Origin: Candidatus Saccharimonadales bacterium
GTDB lineage: Bacteria > Patescibacteriota > Saccharimonadia > Saccharimonadales > 2-12-FULL-41-12
Length of the DNA: 60,860 nt
Reading direction: 5' to 3'
Assembly: GCA_041600715.1 (NCBI GenBank)
Contig: JBFIJM010000004.1
Span: forward strand, 1-60,860
Numbering within the stretch: position 1 is the first letter of the stretch; each line of letters opens with the position of its first letter. The translations under genes were made by a program, and so were the position numbers. Shown here in pieces: positions 36,412-45,150 of the stretch. The notes beneath the pieces are model-generated. The model was not told the DNA's origin and did not search any database. It saw only the letters and a list, made by a program, of their open reading frames with translations.

Positions 36412-38853
36412 TTAGAATTGTTCATTCTCATAATACATGTTATGCACATGAAGTCTAGAAGTGCGGCCGATTCTGTAAGCTCGACCAAGTGCTTGGGTTT
36501 TATTATTGTTATCTCTGACTGAATGCATGAAGACAATATCGGTGGCGGTCTGGAGATTTCGCCCGGCACAATGTTTATCAAATAGTAGTACTGCACTTTT
36601 ACTACTTTGAAATTTCTTAGCAGCTTCTTCCATTTTATCAGCAGTTCCATCAAGCCGAAGATATTCTATTTTTTCTGCGTTGAAACGTTCTACTAGCAAA
36701 TTAGTCGTCTCTTTAAAATTAGCGTATATGATAATTTTACGTGGTATCTCAGGTGGAATTGCTTGGAAGGGCAATGAGTCGGGTTGCCCTTGTATTAAAT
36801 TACAAGAGTTTTCGTGGAAATTGACCTCTTTCTTTTCTTTGGGGATTATTCCTTTAATCAGCTCAATAACAGCAAGAATCTTTGATCGTTCCTCAACATT
36901 ACTCGGACTTCCATCGATGTCCTTTTCTTTTTTACTCTCTTTAACAACCGTCGACGTAATAATAGTCTCTAGATCCATCTCTGCGTTGATGTAAATTATA
37001 TCCTTGACGTTTATCTCTTGGCGACACATTGGGCAAGCTGATGATTTTAACTTTTGTTTAGACCCGTCGAATATAATACTAAAACAACAAGTAGCACAGC
37101 AAATACTCCCGCAACATTTAAGAATTACATTACCTCGTTTATCTGATTCAGACAATAATATGTCGGCAAATCCAGCTAGTTCCTCAAGTTCACTATCACT
37201 ATCGCTGGGGGGGTCTTGGTCTTGGGTTTGGTCTTGGTCAAGACTATGATTCCGAGAATCCTTTGCTATTGTATCTCGACATATAATGCATTTACCTTCG
37301 ATAAAGTTATCCTTAACACGTTTAAGAGCAACTCCAGTACGTCTATGTATTAGTTCTTGCTCTTCTCTAGTTGTTTCCAGTAGGCTTTTTAAAGCGGGGT
37401 AATTATATTTAATCTCACGTCCATTCATCAAATCTTTCTTACCATATGTATCACCTTTAGGTGCGCGAGTATATGGTAACCTTGATTTGATGTCGCCCAA
37501 ACTGTCCATAAAATCTAAAACTTTTTCAGCATCTCTATGAGCATAATAATGTTTACCGAGTATCTGTCTGAATATGTCACCAACGTTGTCAGTCTTTATA
37601 CCTGCACGCTCGGCCGCCGTTTCTATTGCGTCACCATTCAACATTTCAACAATTTCTTCCGCCTCGTCATCGCCTATAGATGTAAGTAGTTTCATATAAG
37701 AGTCGCTTTTATTTATAAATATATAGTTGAAAACTCTGGGGGTTTTTAAATTTATAGTATCTTGTATGAATTTTTTTGTGCATTTAACATTAAAGTAATC
37801 AAATAAAAGTTTATTATTCATAACTCGACCACAGCCATAATCGGCATGTAGTAACATGTCAGAGGTTTTTGTAAACTGCTTGGTTGTTGTTATAGATTTA
37901 TTCCGCATTGTTTTTTGTGTTGATGAAATATACCACGTGAATAAGGCATTAATAACGCCTGCGTTATGCGGCATACCGATTACATCGACATCATCAACTA
38001 CAACCCTTCCCCAACAATAAGTCCGCATATTTGATATGATGTTGTAAATATACGGACCGCTAATTTTATTTTTATCCTCACAAATTATGTCGTCGGGAAA
38101 ATCGACACCTCGGGACACCTTTGAATTTTTTACAAGCACAATATTGTATCTATTTATTATCTTAGACGACATCTTGTCCAGTAAATTTTGAAGATCTCGG
38201 ACATCTCTGACCGTAAACACGTTTAATATAGGATCAGTGTATGTTTTGATTGTTGTTTCCCACTGGCCAAGGACCGATTTTCCCACAAATATAAGGGTCG
38301 GTTTTAAAATAGATGAAAATCGTCGACGAATAGTTGAAGCTGCTGTTATATTTCCGTAGTAGTTGGTGAATATACCCTCGAGAATATTTTCACTTGTGGA
38401 TATAGGAAATTGTCTGATATTGCATATATCAGCTACAACCTTTGGCAATTTCTGGGTAAGTATAACCCCAAGGATAGAAAATGTTTTACCACTACCTACA
38501 GGATCCGACATAACACCAGCTGATGTTGTCACGCGGACATTGCAAGTACCATAACCATATGGTGTACAATTATCATATGTTGTTCTATTATTTTCAAGAT
38601 CACACATCGCTTTAATGACTCTTTGTTGAGTAGGATAAAGTATAACATTGAGACCTGGTACATTTTCTATGGCTTCATACGTTTCATCGAGATCCTGTGA
38701 AGGGGGTGAAGCTCTTTGATTAAACCAAAGGAGTGATTTTCTTGTTTCTACCCATGATTTCATTGATGGACACGGAGTTTTAGACTCACCAAGGTCGCTA
38801 ACTTTTTTAAAAGATCTTTTTACTTTCATCGATGTTTCTTTTATAGTGCTCAT
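36412..38853 (-). CDS. SNF2-family ATPase with embedded RING-like zinc finger (Rad5/Rad16-like architecture)
   Basis: The track ORF opens on TTG at 38883; the first ATG is 38853. Motifs: PVGSGKTFS (motif I), VVVDDVD (motif II-like), and C-terminal LFDKHCAGRNLQTATDIVFMH...QALGRAYRIGR (motifs V and VI). The RING-like cysteines CIIC...CCGSICCATCC...CPMCR lie between the lobes. Confidence 0.75.
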   Translation of the reverse strand: MSTIKETSMKVKRSFKKVSDLGESKTPCPSMKSWVETRKSLLWFNQRASPPSQDLDETYEAIENVPGLNVILYPTQQRVIKAMCDLENNRTTYDNCTPYGYGTCNVRVTTSAGVMSDPVGSGKTFSILGVILTQKLPKVVADICNIRQFPISTSENILEGIFTNYYGNITAASTIRRRFSSILKPTLIFVGKSVLGQWETTIKTYTDPILNVFTVRDVRDLQNLLDKMSSKIINRYNIVLVKNSKVSRGVDFPDDIICEDKNKISGPYIYNIISNMRTYCWGRVVVDDVDVIGMPHNAGVINALFTWYISSTQKTMRNKSITTTKQFTKTSDMLLHADYGCGRVMNNKLLFDYFNVKCTKKFIQDTINLKTPRVFNYIFINKSDSYMKLLTSIGDDEAEEIVEMLNGDAIETAAERAGIKTDNVGDIFRQILGKHYYAHRDAEKVLDFMDSLGDIKSRLPYTRAPKGDTYGKKDLMNGREIKYNYPALKSLLETTREEQELIHRRTGVALKRVKDNFIEGKCIICRDTIAKDSRNHSLDQDQTQDQDPPSDSDSELEELAGFADILLSESDKRGNVILKCCGSICCATCCFSIIFDGSKQKLKSSACPMCRQEINVKDIIYINAEMDLETIITSTVVKESKKEKDIDGSPSNVEERSKILAVIELIKGIIPKEKKEVNFHENSCNLIQGQPDSLPFQAIPPEIPRKIIIYANFKETTNLLVERFNAEKIEYLRLDGTADKMEEAAKKFQSSKSAVLLFDKHCAGRNLQTATDIVFMHSVRDNNNKTQALGRAYRIGRTSRLHVHNMYYENEQF

Positions 38854-38896
38854 CTGTAGTAATTTATAATAATATCTTTTCAAATTTTATATAGTA

Positions 38897-39640
38897 ATGG
38901 ACAGAGACCCAGAAAAGGTTATATTTAGAACAACAAGTTCATCAAAACTTACAACCCCCCCTAATGATAACTTGCTTTTAATGTTAGAACCCAAATCAGA
39001 ATCGGTAGTCGACTCAAAACTTCTGAGCACAAAAACCAGGGAAGATTCAACTAGAGAGTTACAATCCATGAAATCCATCGCTAAAGCAGCTGAAGCCGAC
39101 GCCCTAGCGTCTTTAAAAAGAGTAAAAACTGCCGAGAAAGCCCGGCAGTCGGCAAAAGCAGCCGTAACAATAGCTGCAAATAGAGCCAAAGAAGCCGAAG
39201 CACTTGCATTGGCTACTCAGATAGAGGCAAAAAAAGCTCGTCACGCTGAATCTAAGGCAAAAAGTAATGTAGCTAATGTATTAGCAGATGCCGATATTTC
39301 TAAAGCCTCTGCTGAATTTGAGGAGCTTATGGGGTTGTTAAAAACAATAACAATTAAAGATATTAGCGACCTTGTACCTGTTGTCATACCTATGATGGAT
39401 GCGGCGGCTGAGTTTAAAAAACTTAAAGGTTTCGAGAAGAAGAAATTAATTATCACTGTTGTATTAAAATGTATTAAAGAATCTGATGATCTGGATGACA
39501 CAACTAAGACTATCATTTTTGGGGTTGCCGAAAAATTGCTGCCAAGTATTGTCGATGGGTTGTTTAGCGCCAATCAAGGATTACATAAATTTAAAAAGAA
39601 AACTAGGAAGTGTGTGTTCGGATGTCTAGGAAAAAAGTAA
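38897..39640 (+). CDS. Hypothetical protein (Ala/Lys-rich helical centre)
   Basis: 247-aa ORF with TATATAGTA directly upstream of the ATG. Confidence 0.6.
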   Translation: MDRDPEKVIFRTTSSSKLTTPPNDNLLLMLEPKSESVVDSKLLSTKTREDSTRELQSMKSIAKAAEADALASLKRVKTAEKARQSAKAAVTIAANRAKEAEALALATQIEAKKARHAESKAKSNVANVLADADISKASAEFEELMGLLKTITIKDISDLVPVVIPMMDAAAEFKKLKGFEKKKLIITVVLKCIKESDDLDDTTKTIIFGVAEKLLPSIVDGLFSANQGLHKFKKKTRKCVFGCLGKK

Positions 39641-39761
39641 ATCTACATCATATTAATGTTAATACAGGATAGATTTATGACGATATTATTTCTAATATGC
39701 TAAAAAAATTGATTTTTTTTTCCTAGTTAACGTTTAGCCTGGATTTCCGGTAAACATTTTC

Positions 39762-40109
39762 ATGTCATCCTTCATTGATGGTATGCGCTTTTGCCTTGGT
39801 GCATGCTTCACAATGTTAATGCTATACATGTGCGTGTATGGCATTATTGCGTTGTTATTGAAGCGTGCATCTTCGCAGGTTTGTACATCACGTGCATTGA
39901 TTGTGGCGGTCTCGCTTGAATATGCTTCATTTTCCAACGAAGTTATTGGTTTTGAATCAGTTTCTGTAAATATTATCAAGATTACTGGGAAAGTGATGAA
40001 ACCGGATCAAGTACGTGAATATATTAAAAATCAATATAAAGATAACATCAAGTTCCGAAAACGTGAAGAATTTTTGAAAAACCTATTGAACAGAATAACC
40101 ATTAGTTAG
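39762..40109 (+). CDS. Hypothetical small protein (uncertain)
   Basis: 115-aa ATG-initiated ORF with a hydrophobic N-terminus. The competing minus-strand ORF 39734..39979 opens on TTG. The stop codon lies in the first unit of the 12-bp tandem repeat. Confidence 0.35.
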   Translation: MSSFIDGMRFCLGACFTMLMLYMCVYGIIALLLKRASSQVCTSRALIVAVSLEYASFSNEVIGFESVSVNIIKITGKVMKPDQVREYIKNQYKDNIKFRKREEFLKNLLNRITIS

Positions 40110-40157
40110 TTGCTTAGTTAGTTGCTTAGTTAGTTGCTTAGTTAGTTGCTTAGTTAG
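40102..40157. repeat. Intergenic 12-bp tandem repeat (TTAGTTAGTTGC) x ~4.6
   Basis: Read directly from the sequence. Every unit carries TAG twice on the plus strand and TAA twice on the minus strand. Confidence 0.9.
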
Positions 40158-40182
40158 CCATTTTTTTTGTCGTGTATTAAAA

Positions 40183-42030
40183 ATGAATACAATCAATAGT
40201 ATATCAGTGATGTCCCGCGCAGTTGTCTCCCATGCAGTTTTGACTCGAAGTGGATTATTTATTGATGAGGAGTATTTTGCTAATAAGGGACAAATTGGCA
40301 AGGTAAAGAAAAGTTTTACAGTCACTGTCATTGAACTAAAAAAATACATTAAGACAATGTCATTATTTAAGTATAGTAAAGTGGGTGGAGCCAAATATGT
40401 GATACTCCCAAGACACGGAGGTGTAAAAATTCTTAAGGGTTTAGAGAAAAAGTTGGGATTACCCCCACTCATAGTCGACAACCAAATGATGTCGGGCGAA
40501 CCACCTAAATTTACCTTTACCCGTGAAGGTAAATTTCGAGGTAACCAAAAAATCATTTTCGATCATATTATGAAGAATTATTTTAGTCCATCAATGGTAT
40601 CGAGGGGGTTGGCCAGTTTAATCCTTCAACTAGATACTGGCCAGGGTAAAAGTTATATCGGGGCCGCCCTCATTGCTCATCTACAGGTTAAGACTCTTAT
40701 TATTTGTCATAGTACCGCTGTTGCATCAGACTGGATTGATAAAACTCTTCGGGGGGAATTTCCGAACAATGTGATTGGCCAGTATAATGGTAGCTCGAAA
40801 AAAGACGGGGACATAGTTGTTGCTATTGTAAATAGTCTTATCATGGACGATATGAAAGTTTTGACAAATAAGTCGAAGAAAACATACGTGAAAATGACTC
40901 CGACAGACTTTTTTAGTCGGTTTGGTCTTATTATCTATGATGAAACACAAAAATATAATAGTAAAAGCTTTAGCAAAGTATTTTGGCGAGCGCAGGCCCC
41001 TTATGTTATAGGGCTTAGTGCAACCCCATCCCGACATGAATTCCATAAAATATCAAAGTGGGGAATAGGCGATGTCTTAGACGCGAAGACAATCCCGGGA
41101 TATTCAACAAAAAAGAGTAAATTTAAAGGCGAGGTTGGTATGATAAAATATCACGCACCCGCGAAGTATTCCCAACTATTACTCAATGAGAAACTGGAAA
41201 TATTAAATGTCGCTGCCACAATAAATATGATAACTGAGGACCCTTATAGAAATAGTATCATTATTGATAAGATGACCGAGCTAATTTCCGAAGGCCTAAA
41301 CATATTCGTATTCTCCGATAGAAAGGCTCACCTACATGAACTAAAGGCTGGGCTAATCGAAAACGGTAAACGATATGTGAAATCAATAGAAAATCCCTTA
41401 ACTGCTCATGGAATCCCTAAAACAGTAGTTGCATTGATACGAAAATATGTATTCTATTGTCATTCGTCGATTCTTATTGGAGGCGGGGGTAGTGGCAAAG
41501 TCGGGCGCGAACGTATGGAGAAGGCTGAGAGATTTTCCAATGTAATCTTAACAACATACCCATATATGGACACTGGTAAATCCATTCCAAAGATGAACGC
41601 TATTATGTTATGTACACCTCGCAAGAATAATAGTGAGCAATCGATAGGGCGTATCTTGAGGTTAGGCTCAGATGAAAGTACTGTTCGGCAAATAATAGAT
41701 GTTGTTGACTGGGGTACTCGACTTAAAAATCAATGGTACACACGTAAAAAATTTTATACATCTCGGGGATATGAAATCGCATCGACAGAATATGACTGCC
41801 GGGATAGATTCATTGGCGACGCCCGACAAGATGATTGTGTGGTTGGATCAAGTATTATTTCTAAGACAAAACCGGTAAAAAATACGACTATTAATAGTAG
41901 CGAGGCTGATAACTCCGATTCAGAGTCGGGGTCTGCTTCTGAATCTGAAGAAGCCATACGCGAACGAGGGAAGGATATGTTTAAGAAGTACTCTGCGTTC
42001 TTAGATCAGGACTCTTCGGGGTCGGATTAG
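40183..42030 (+). CDS. A18/XPB-like SF2 DNA helicase
   Basis: Motif I LDTGQGKSYIGA, motif II LIIYDETQKY, motif III GLSATPSR, motif VI QSIGRILRLG. Acidic Ser-rich tail. Confidence 0.75.
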   Translation: MNTINSISVMSRAVVSHAVLTRSGLFIDEEYFANKGQIGKVKKSFTVTVIELKKYIKTMSLFKYSKVGGAKYVILPRHGGVKILKGLEKKLGLPPLIVDNQMMSGEPPKFTFTREGKFRGNQKIIFDHIMKNYFSPSMVSRGLASLILQLDTGQGKSYIGAALIAHLQVKTLIICHSTAVASDWIDKTLRGEFPNNVIGQYNGSSKKDGDIVVAIVNSLIMDDMKVLTNKSKKTYVKMTPTDFFSRFGLIIYDETQKYNSKSFSKVFWRAQAPYVIGLSATPSRHEFHKISKWGIGDVLDAKTIPGYSTKKSKFKGEVGMIKYHAPAKYSQLLLNEKLEILNVAATINMITEDPYRNSIIIDKMTELISEGLNIFVFSDRKAHLHELKAGLIENGKRYVKSIENPLTAHGIPKTVVALIRKYVFYCHSSILIGGGGSGKVGRERMEKAERFSNVILTTYPYMDTGKSIPKMNAIMLCTPRKNNSEQSIGRILRLGSDESTVRQIIDVVDWGTRLKNQWYTRKKFYTSRGYEIASTEYDCRDRFIGDARQDDCVVGSSIISKTKPVKNTTINSSEADNSDSESGSASESEEAIRERGKDMFKKYSAFLDQDSSGSD

Positions 42031-42087
42031 CATATAAAAAAATTGAAAAAATATAATGCTATATAGTACTAACAGTACATAAAGATA

Positions 42088-42849
42088 ATGGCTTATCGTT
42101 CGGCTTCCAACCAAACACCTACCATCCCCTATAATGGACAGGGTCAAAAATATAACCAATATACTTCTCGTCACCACCTTTGTAGATGTGATCAATGCAT
42201 GCACCCGCGACCATTTCAGCATCATGCCGATCACCATGATAATAAATCTACAGGGTATAATACTGGACCCCACCCCGACCATCGGCAACCACGTGCACCA
42301 CGGCAGCTACGTGCACCACGGCAACCACGTGCACCACGGCAACCACATCATCCTAGTCAAGATTCGCCCCATTCTCAGCGTAGCAGTAGTCCGGCACAGC
42401 CTAAACAACCACAAGCTATGGCTAAATCTAAGAAGTTAGGTGTGGACACTGTAATGGCAATAGTTAACATTGATAAGGGTACTGTATTCGTGCGAGTCTC
42501 AAATAAGGGGCAGATATCAGTCCAAGCTGCGATGGCCAAGCGTGGCGAGACTCAATTCAACACCGTTGAGCGGGTCTTAATGGACGAAACTGGTAATCGC
42601 CCGAGATCTAATAGCGAACTCACCTCTTTAAAGAGCGAGAAGTTTCCTGAGGTCGCGTTCGTTGCTTTCCAGGATCCGTCATTCGAGCTTCGTCATTTTC
42701 GTCCGTCCCATTATTTCAAGGATAAAATACAATGCTTAATTGAAGTCCCACTTGCCGACCTTGCTAAAGGTGCTGTCACGGATCAGATGCGAGTTCCTCC
42801 ACACGCCCTTGCCGTTGAGTTTGCACAACTCCTCCTTGCGAAAAAGTGA
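42088..42849 (+). CDS. Hypothetical protein with His/Pro/Gln-rich N-terminus and (PRAPRQ)n repeat
   Basis: 253-aa ORF. An 18-bp repeat lies at 42284..42347. Confidence 0.6.
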   Translation: MAYRSASNQTPTIPYNGQGQKYNQYTSRHHLCRCDQCMHPRPFQHHADHHDNKSTGYNTGPHPDHRQPRAPRQLRAPRQPRAPRQPHHPSQDSPHSQRSSSPAQPKQPQAMAKSKKLGVDTVMAIVNIDKGTVFVRVSNKGQISVQAAMAKRGETQFNTVERVLMDETGNRPRSNSELTSLKSEKFPEVAFVAFQDPSFELRHFRPSHYFKDKIQCLIEVPLADLAKGAVTDQMRVPPHALAVEFAQLLLAKK

Positions 42850-42884
42850 AAAAATAATGTTTGATTTTTTTACAAATACTTACA

Positions 42885-43445
42885 TTATACATTGGAAAGT
42901 TGCTTATATAATCCTGCAAACCATACCCATCCGAACAGTTGAAGTACAACACCTGTTAATTTTAAGCAATGCGATGAAAGTAGAAACATTTGATAAGAAA
43001 AGATAACGACGCGGAATATCAAAAATGATATCATTTCGATAATAATCCAACATCTAATATTTTTTTTACCGAAGTTCGACGTGTGATGAATTATTGCATA
43101 TGCGAAATACAGAGGTATATTAGACAGCTCTAGTATAAAAAATGAATACATGCATATGGATTTATCTATTCCAAATTCAGAGCTTAGTAAATATATAGAT
43201 CCTAAGTGATGTAAGAAGTACATACTTAATATTCGCGAATTAAATAGATCATATACAAAAAATCCAATCGATATATTTGTATTTATATCTGATGAGTTTA
43301 TTAAATATTGTAACAGAACACTTGCACAATGAATAATACTCACCATATTTATATGGAATTTATTAGACTGTATAGGAAATATAAAAGGCAACGTCTTATG
43401 GATGATCATCCATAGAATGGTATATTGAACAACGGTGTCGATCAT
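42885..43445 (-). CDS. Multi-pass integral membrane protein
   Basis: 186-aa ORF with about six hydrophobic segments. Confidence 0.6.
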   Translation of the reverse strand: MIDTVVQYTILWMIIHKTLPFIFPIQSNKFHINMVSIIHCASVLLQYLINSSDINTNISIGFFVYDLFNSRILSMYFLHHLGSIYLLSSEFGIDKSICMYSFFILELSNIPLYFAYAIIHHTSNFGKKNIRCWIIIEMISFLIFRVVIFSYQMFLLSSHCLKLTGVVLQLFGWVWFAGLYKQLSNV

Positions 43446-43469
43446 TATGTATATGCAAATAATTATCCA

Positions 43470-45086
43470 TTATCCATTACTTAAATCATAAATATTATAT
43501 TTGTCTCCTCGAAATGTAACAACCTTGATTATTTTATATGTTGCAAAGAGTTTATTCGATATTAAATTATCAATATCAACCATTGCTAAGATCTTCAACT
43601 TTGGAAATTCTCCGATGAAGATAGGTAATATTTCCTTACCATATCCTTTACCTTGATATGGAGCATCGATTAATATACGAATAAATCTCTTATCTTTAAG
43701 GAATTTATGTTCAAATCCAGCGATGTAGTATCCTATAAATCCAATTAATTCGCCAGGTTGACATCTATCATTCAAACATATAGCGTAAAATCTGGCATAT
43801 GTTTCATTTTTATACTCCCGGATGTAGTTTGTCAACTGCACACGGACCTGAGATAGATTTTTAGTCTTGCCTGACGCTATATACTTCATGTTGTCCGGAT
43901 TATTTTGTATATCGTACATGCGCGGAAGGTCGGCCATTGTAAATTCACGAAGGGATATTCTTGATTTTTTTGTTGATGATTTGGTCGACTTAACTTTACT
44001 TTCTGACTTAACCTTACCTCCAGTTTTATCCTTAATAGTCTTAGCCTTTGACCAAATAAACATAGGTTGAGCTCGGGAAGTTTTGTGTTTTTCCGCGTAT
44101 GGAATAATACCCATATATTTAGCCTTAAATTTAGGGTCTTCCATATATTTTATCATCTCGTGAACATAGGTTTCATAACTCATACTATTTATCACCATAC
44201 ACATTATACCTTTCCCGTCATCCTTCACATTATCCCAAGCCTTTTCAAGATAAGGCTTGAAGAATTCTTCGGTCCATTTAGACTCGGATGTATGCTTAAT
44301 CGTTGACTGTTTCGCGTCTTGGGAGTATATCTCCATCTTAAAGTATGGTGGAGATGTGAACACAAGATCATACTTAGGTAAGTCCGGTGGCCGAACAAAC
44401 TCTTCAAATGGCATCTCAAATAGTTGGACTTGTCCGCCTAAATCAACCTCAAAGAACTCACATATATCTTTATATCGTGGGTGTACGACGGGATTAGGAT
44501 CGACTCCTGTGTAACTAGAGCCTGTTGCTATAGCGGCAATTAATCGGTCGCCCCATCCGGCTGACGGGTCAAGGACAGATATTGGAGAGGTTTTATAGGA
44601 CGGGAAAAATAGCTGTATTATTGCTATCATATTTGATGGGCGGAAGCTAGTACATTCGCGGGCATCTTTGATGGCCCACCGTGTCTCGATCAAATTTGGT
44701 CCGTCAATCACCCCATATTCTTTAAGACATTTCTCAGCTAGTTCCTTTGTCTTGCTATGAAAATACTCCCATGGTGAATACTTTGATCCAGCAAATTTAC
44801 ACTTCATGCGTTCCTCTTCCATGAACATGTCAGATAAGATATTAAAATCTTCGTAGTCACTTGGAAGATTTAATAGTAGCTTATTTTCTCCCTTGAATCC
44901 TGGTGTAACCTTAATATTGGCTATGGTATACTTCAGAGTCTTAAATCGAGATTTAAAGTTATATTCTTTTAAATTAGCCATCATATCCTTAATATCATCA
45001 TCTGTCTTGTTATCTCTTTTCGTAGGGAACTTGATAAGACCCTTCTTGAAATCTTTTAAAAATTGATTTACATCATTGTACATCAT
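43470..45086 (-). CDS. Fusion of a (D/N/S)PPY-family SAM-dependent methyltransferase with a GNAT acetyltransferase
   Basis: The N-terminal two-thirds carry SVLDPSAGWGDRLIAA (SAM motif I) followed by DLVFTSPPYF (motif IV, SPPY). The C-terminal ~170 aa carry the GNAT motif A, IDAPYQGKGYGKEIL. A Lys/Ser-rich linker joins them. Confidence 0.7.
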   Translation of the reverse strand: MMYNDVNQFLKDFKKGLIKFPTKRDNKTDDDIKDMMANLKEYNFKSRFKTLKYTIANIKVTPGFKGENKLLLNLPSDYEDFNILSDMFMEEERMKCKFAGSKYSPWEYFHSKTKELAEKCLKEYGVIDGPNLIETRWAIKDARECTSFRPSNMIAIIQLFFPSYKTSPISVLDPSAGWGDRLIAAIATGSSYTGVDPNPVVHPRYKDICEFFEVDLGGQVQLFEMPFEEFVRPPDLPKYDLVFTSPPYFKMEIYSQDAKQSTIKHTSESKWTEEFFKPYLEKAWDNVKDDGKGIMCMVINSMSYETYVHEMIKYMEDPKFKAKYMGIIPYAEKHKTSRAQPMFIWSKAKTIKDKTGGKVKSESKVKSTKSSTKKSRISLREFTMADLPRMYDIQNNPDNMKYIASGKTKNLSQVRVQLTNYIREYKNETYARFYAICLNDRCQPGELIGFIGYYIAGFEHKFLKDKRFIRILIDAPYQGKGYGKEILPIFIGEFPKLKILAMVDIDNLISNKLFATYKIIKVVTFRGDKYNIYDLSNG

Positions 45087-45150
45087 TGGATTATTTTGTT
45101 GCTCTTAGTAACAAAATTGTCTATATATACTGTTGAATTCAAATTTTAAC

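Noticed and set aside
39734-39979. 81-aa minus-strand ORF
   Set aside because: It opens on TTG with no early ATG and overlaps the ATG-initiated plus-strand ORF 39762..40109. Neither is strongly supported.
40083-40556. 157-aa minus-strand ORF ending in TKQLTKQLTKQL
   Set aside because: It is antisense to the N-terminus of the motif-supported A18-like helicase, and its repeat tail is just the 12-bp intergenic tandem repeat read through.
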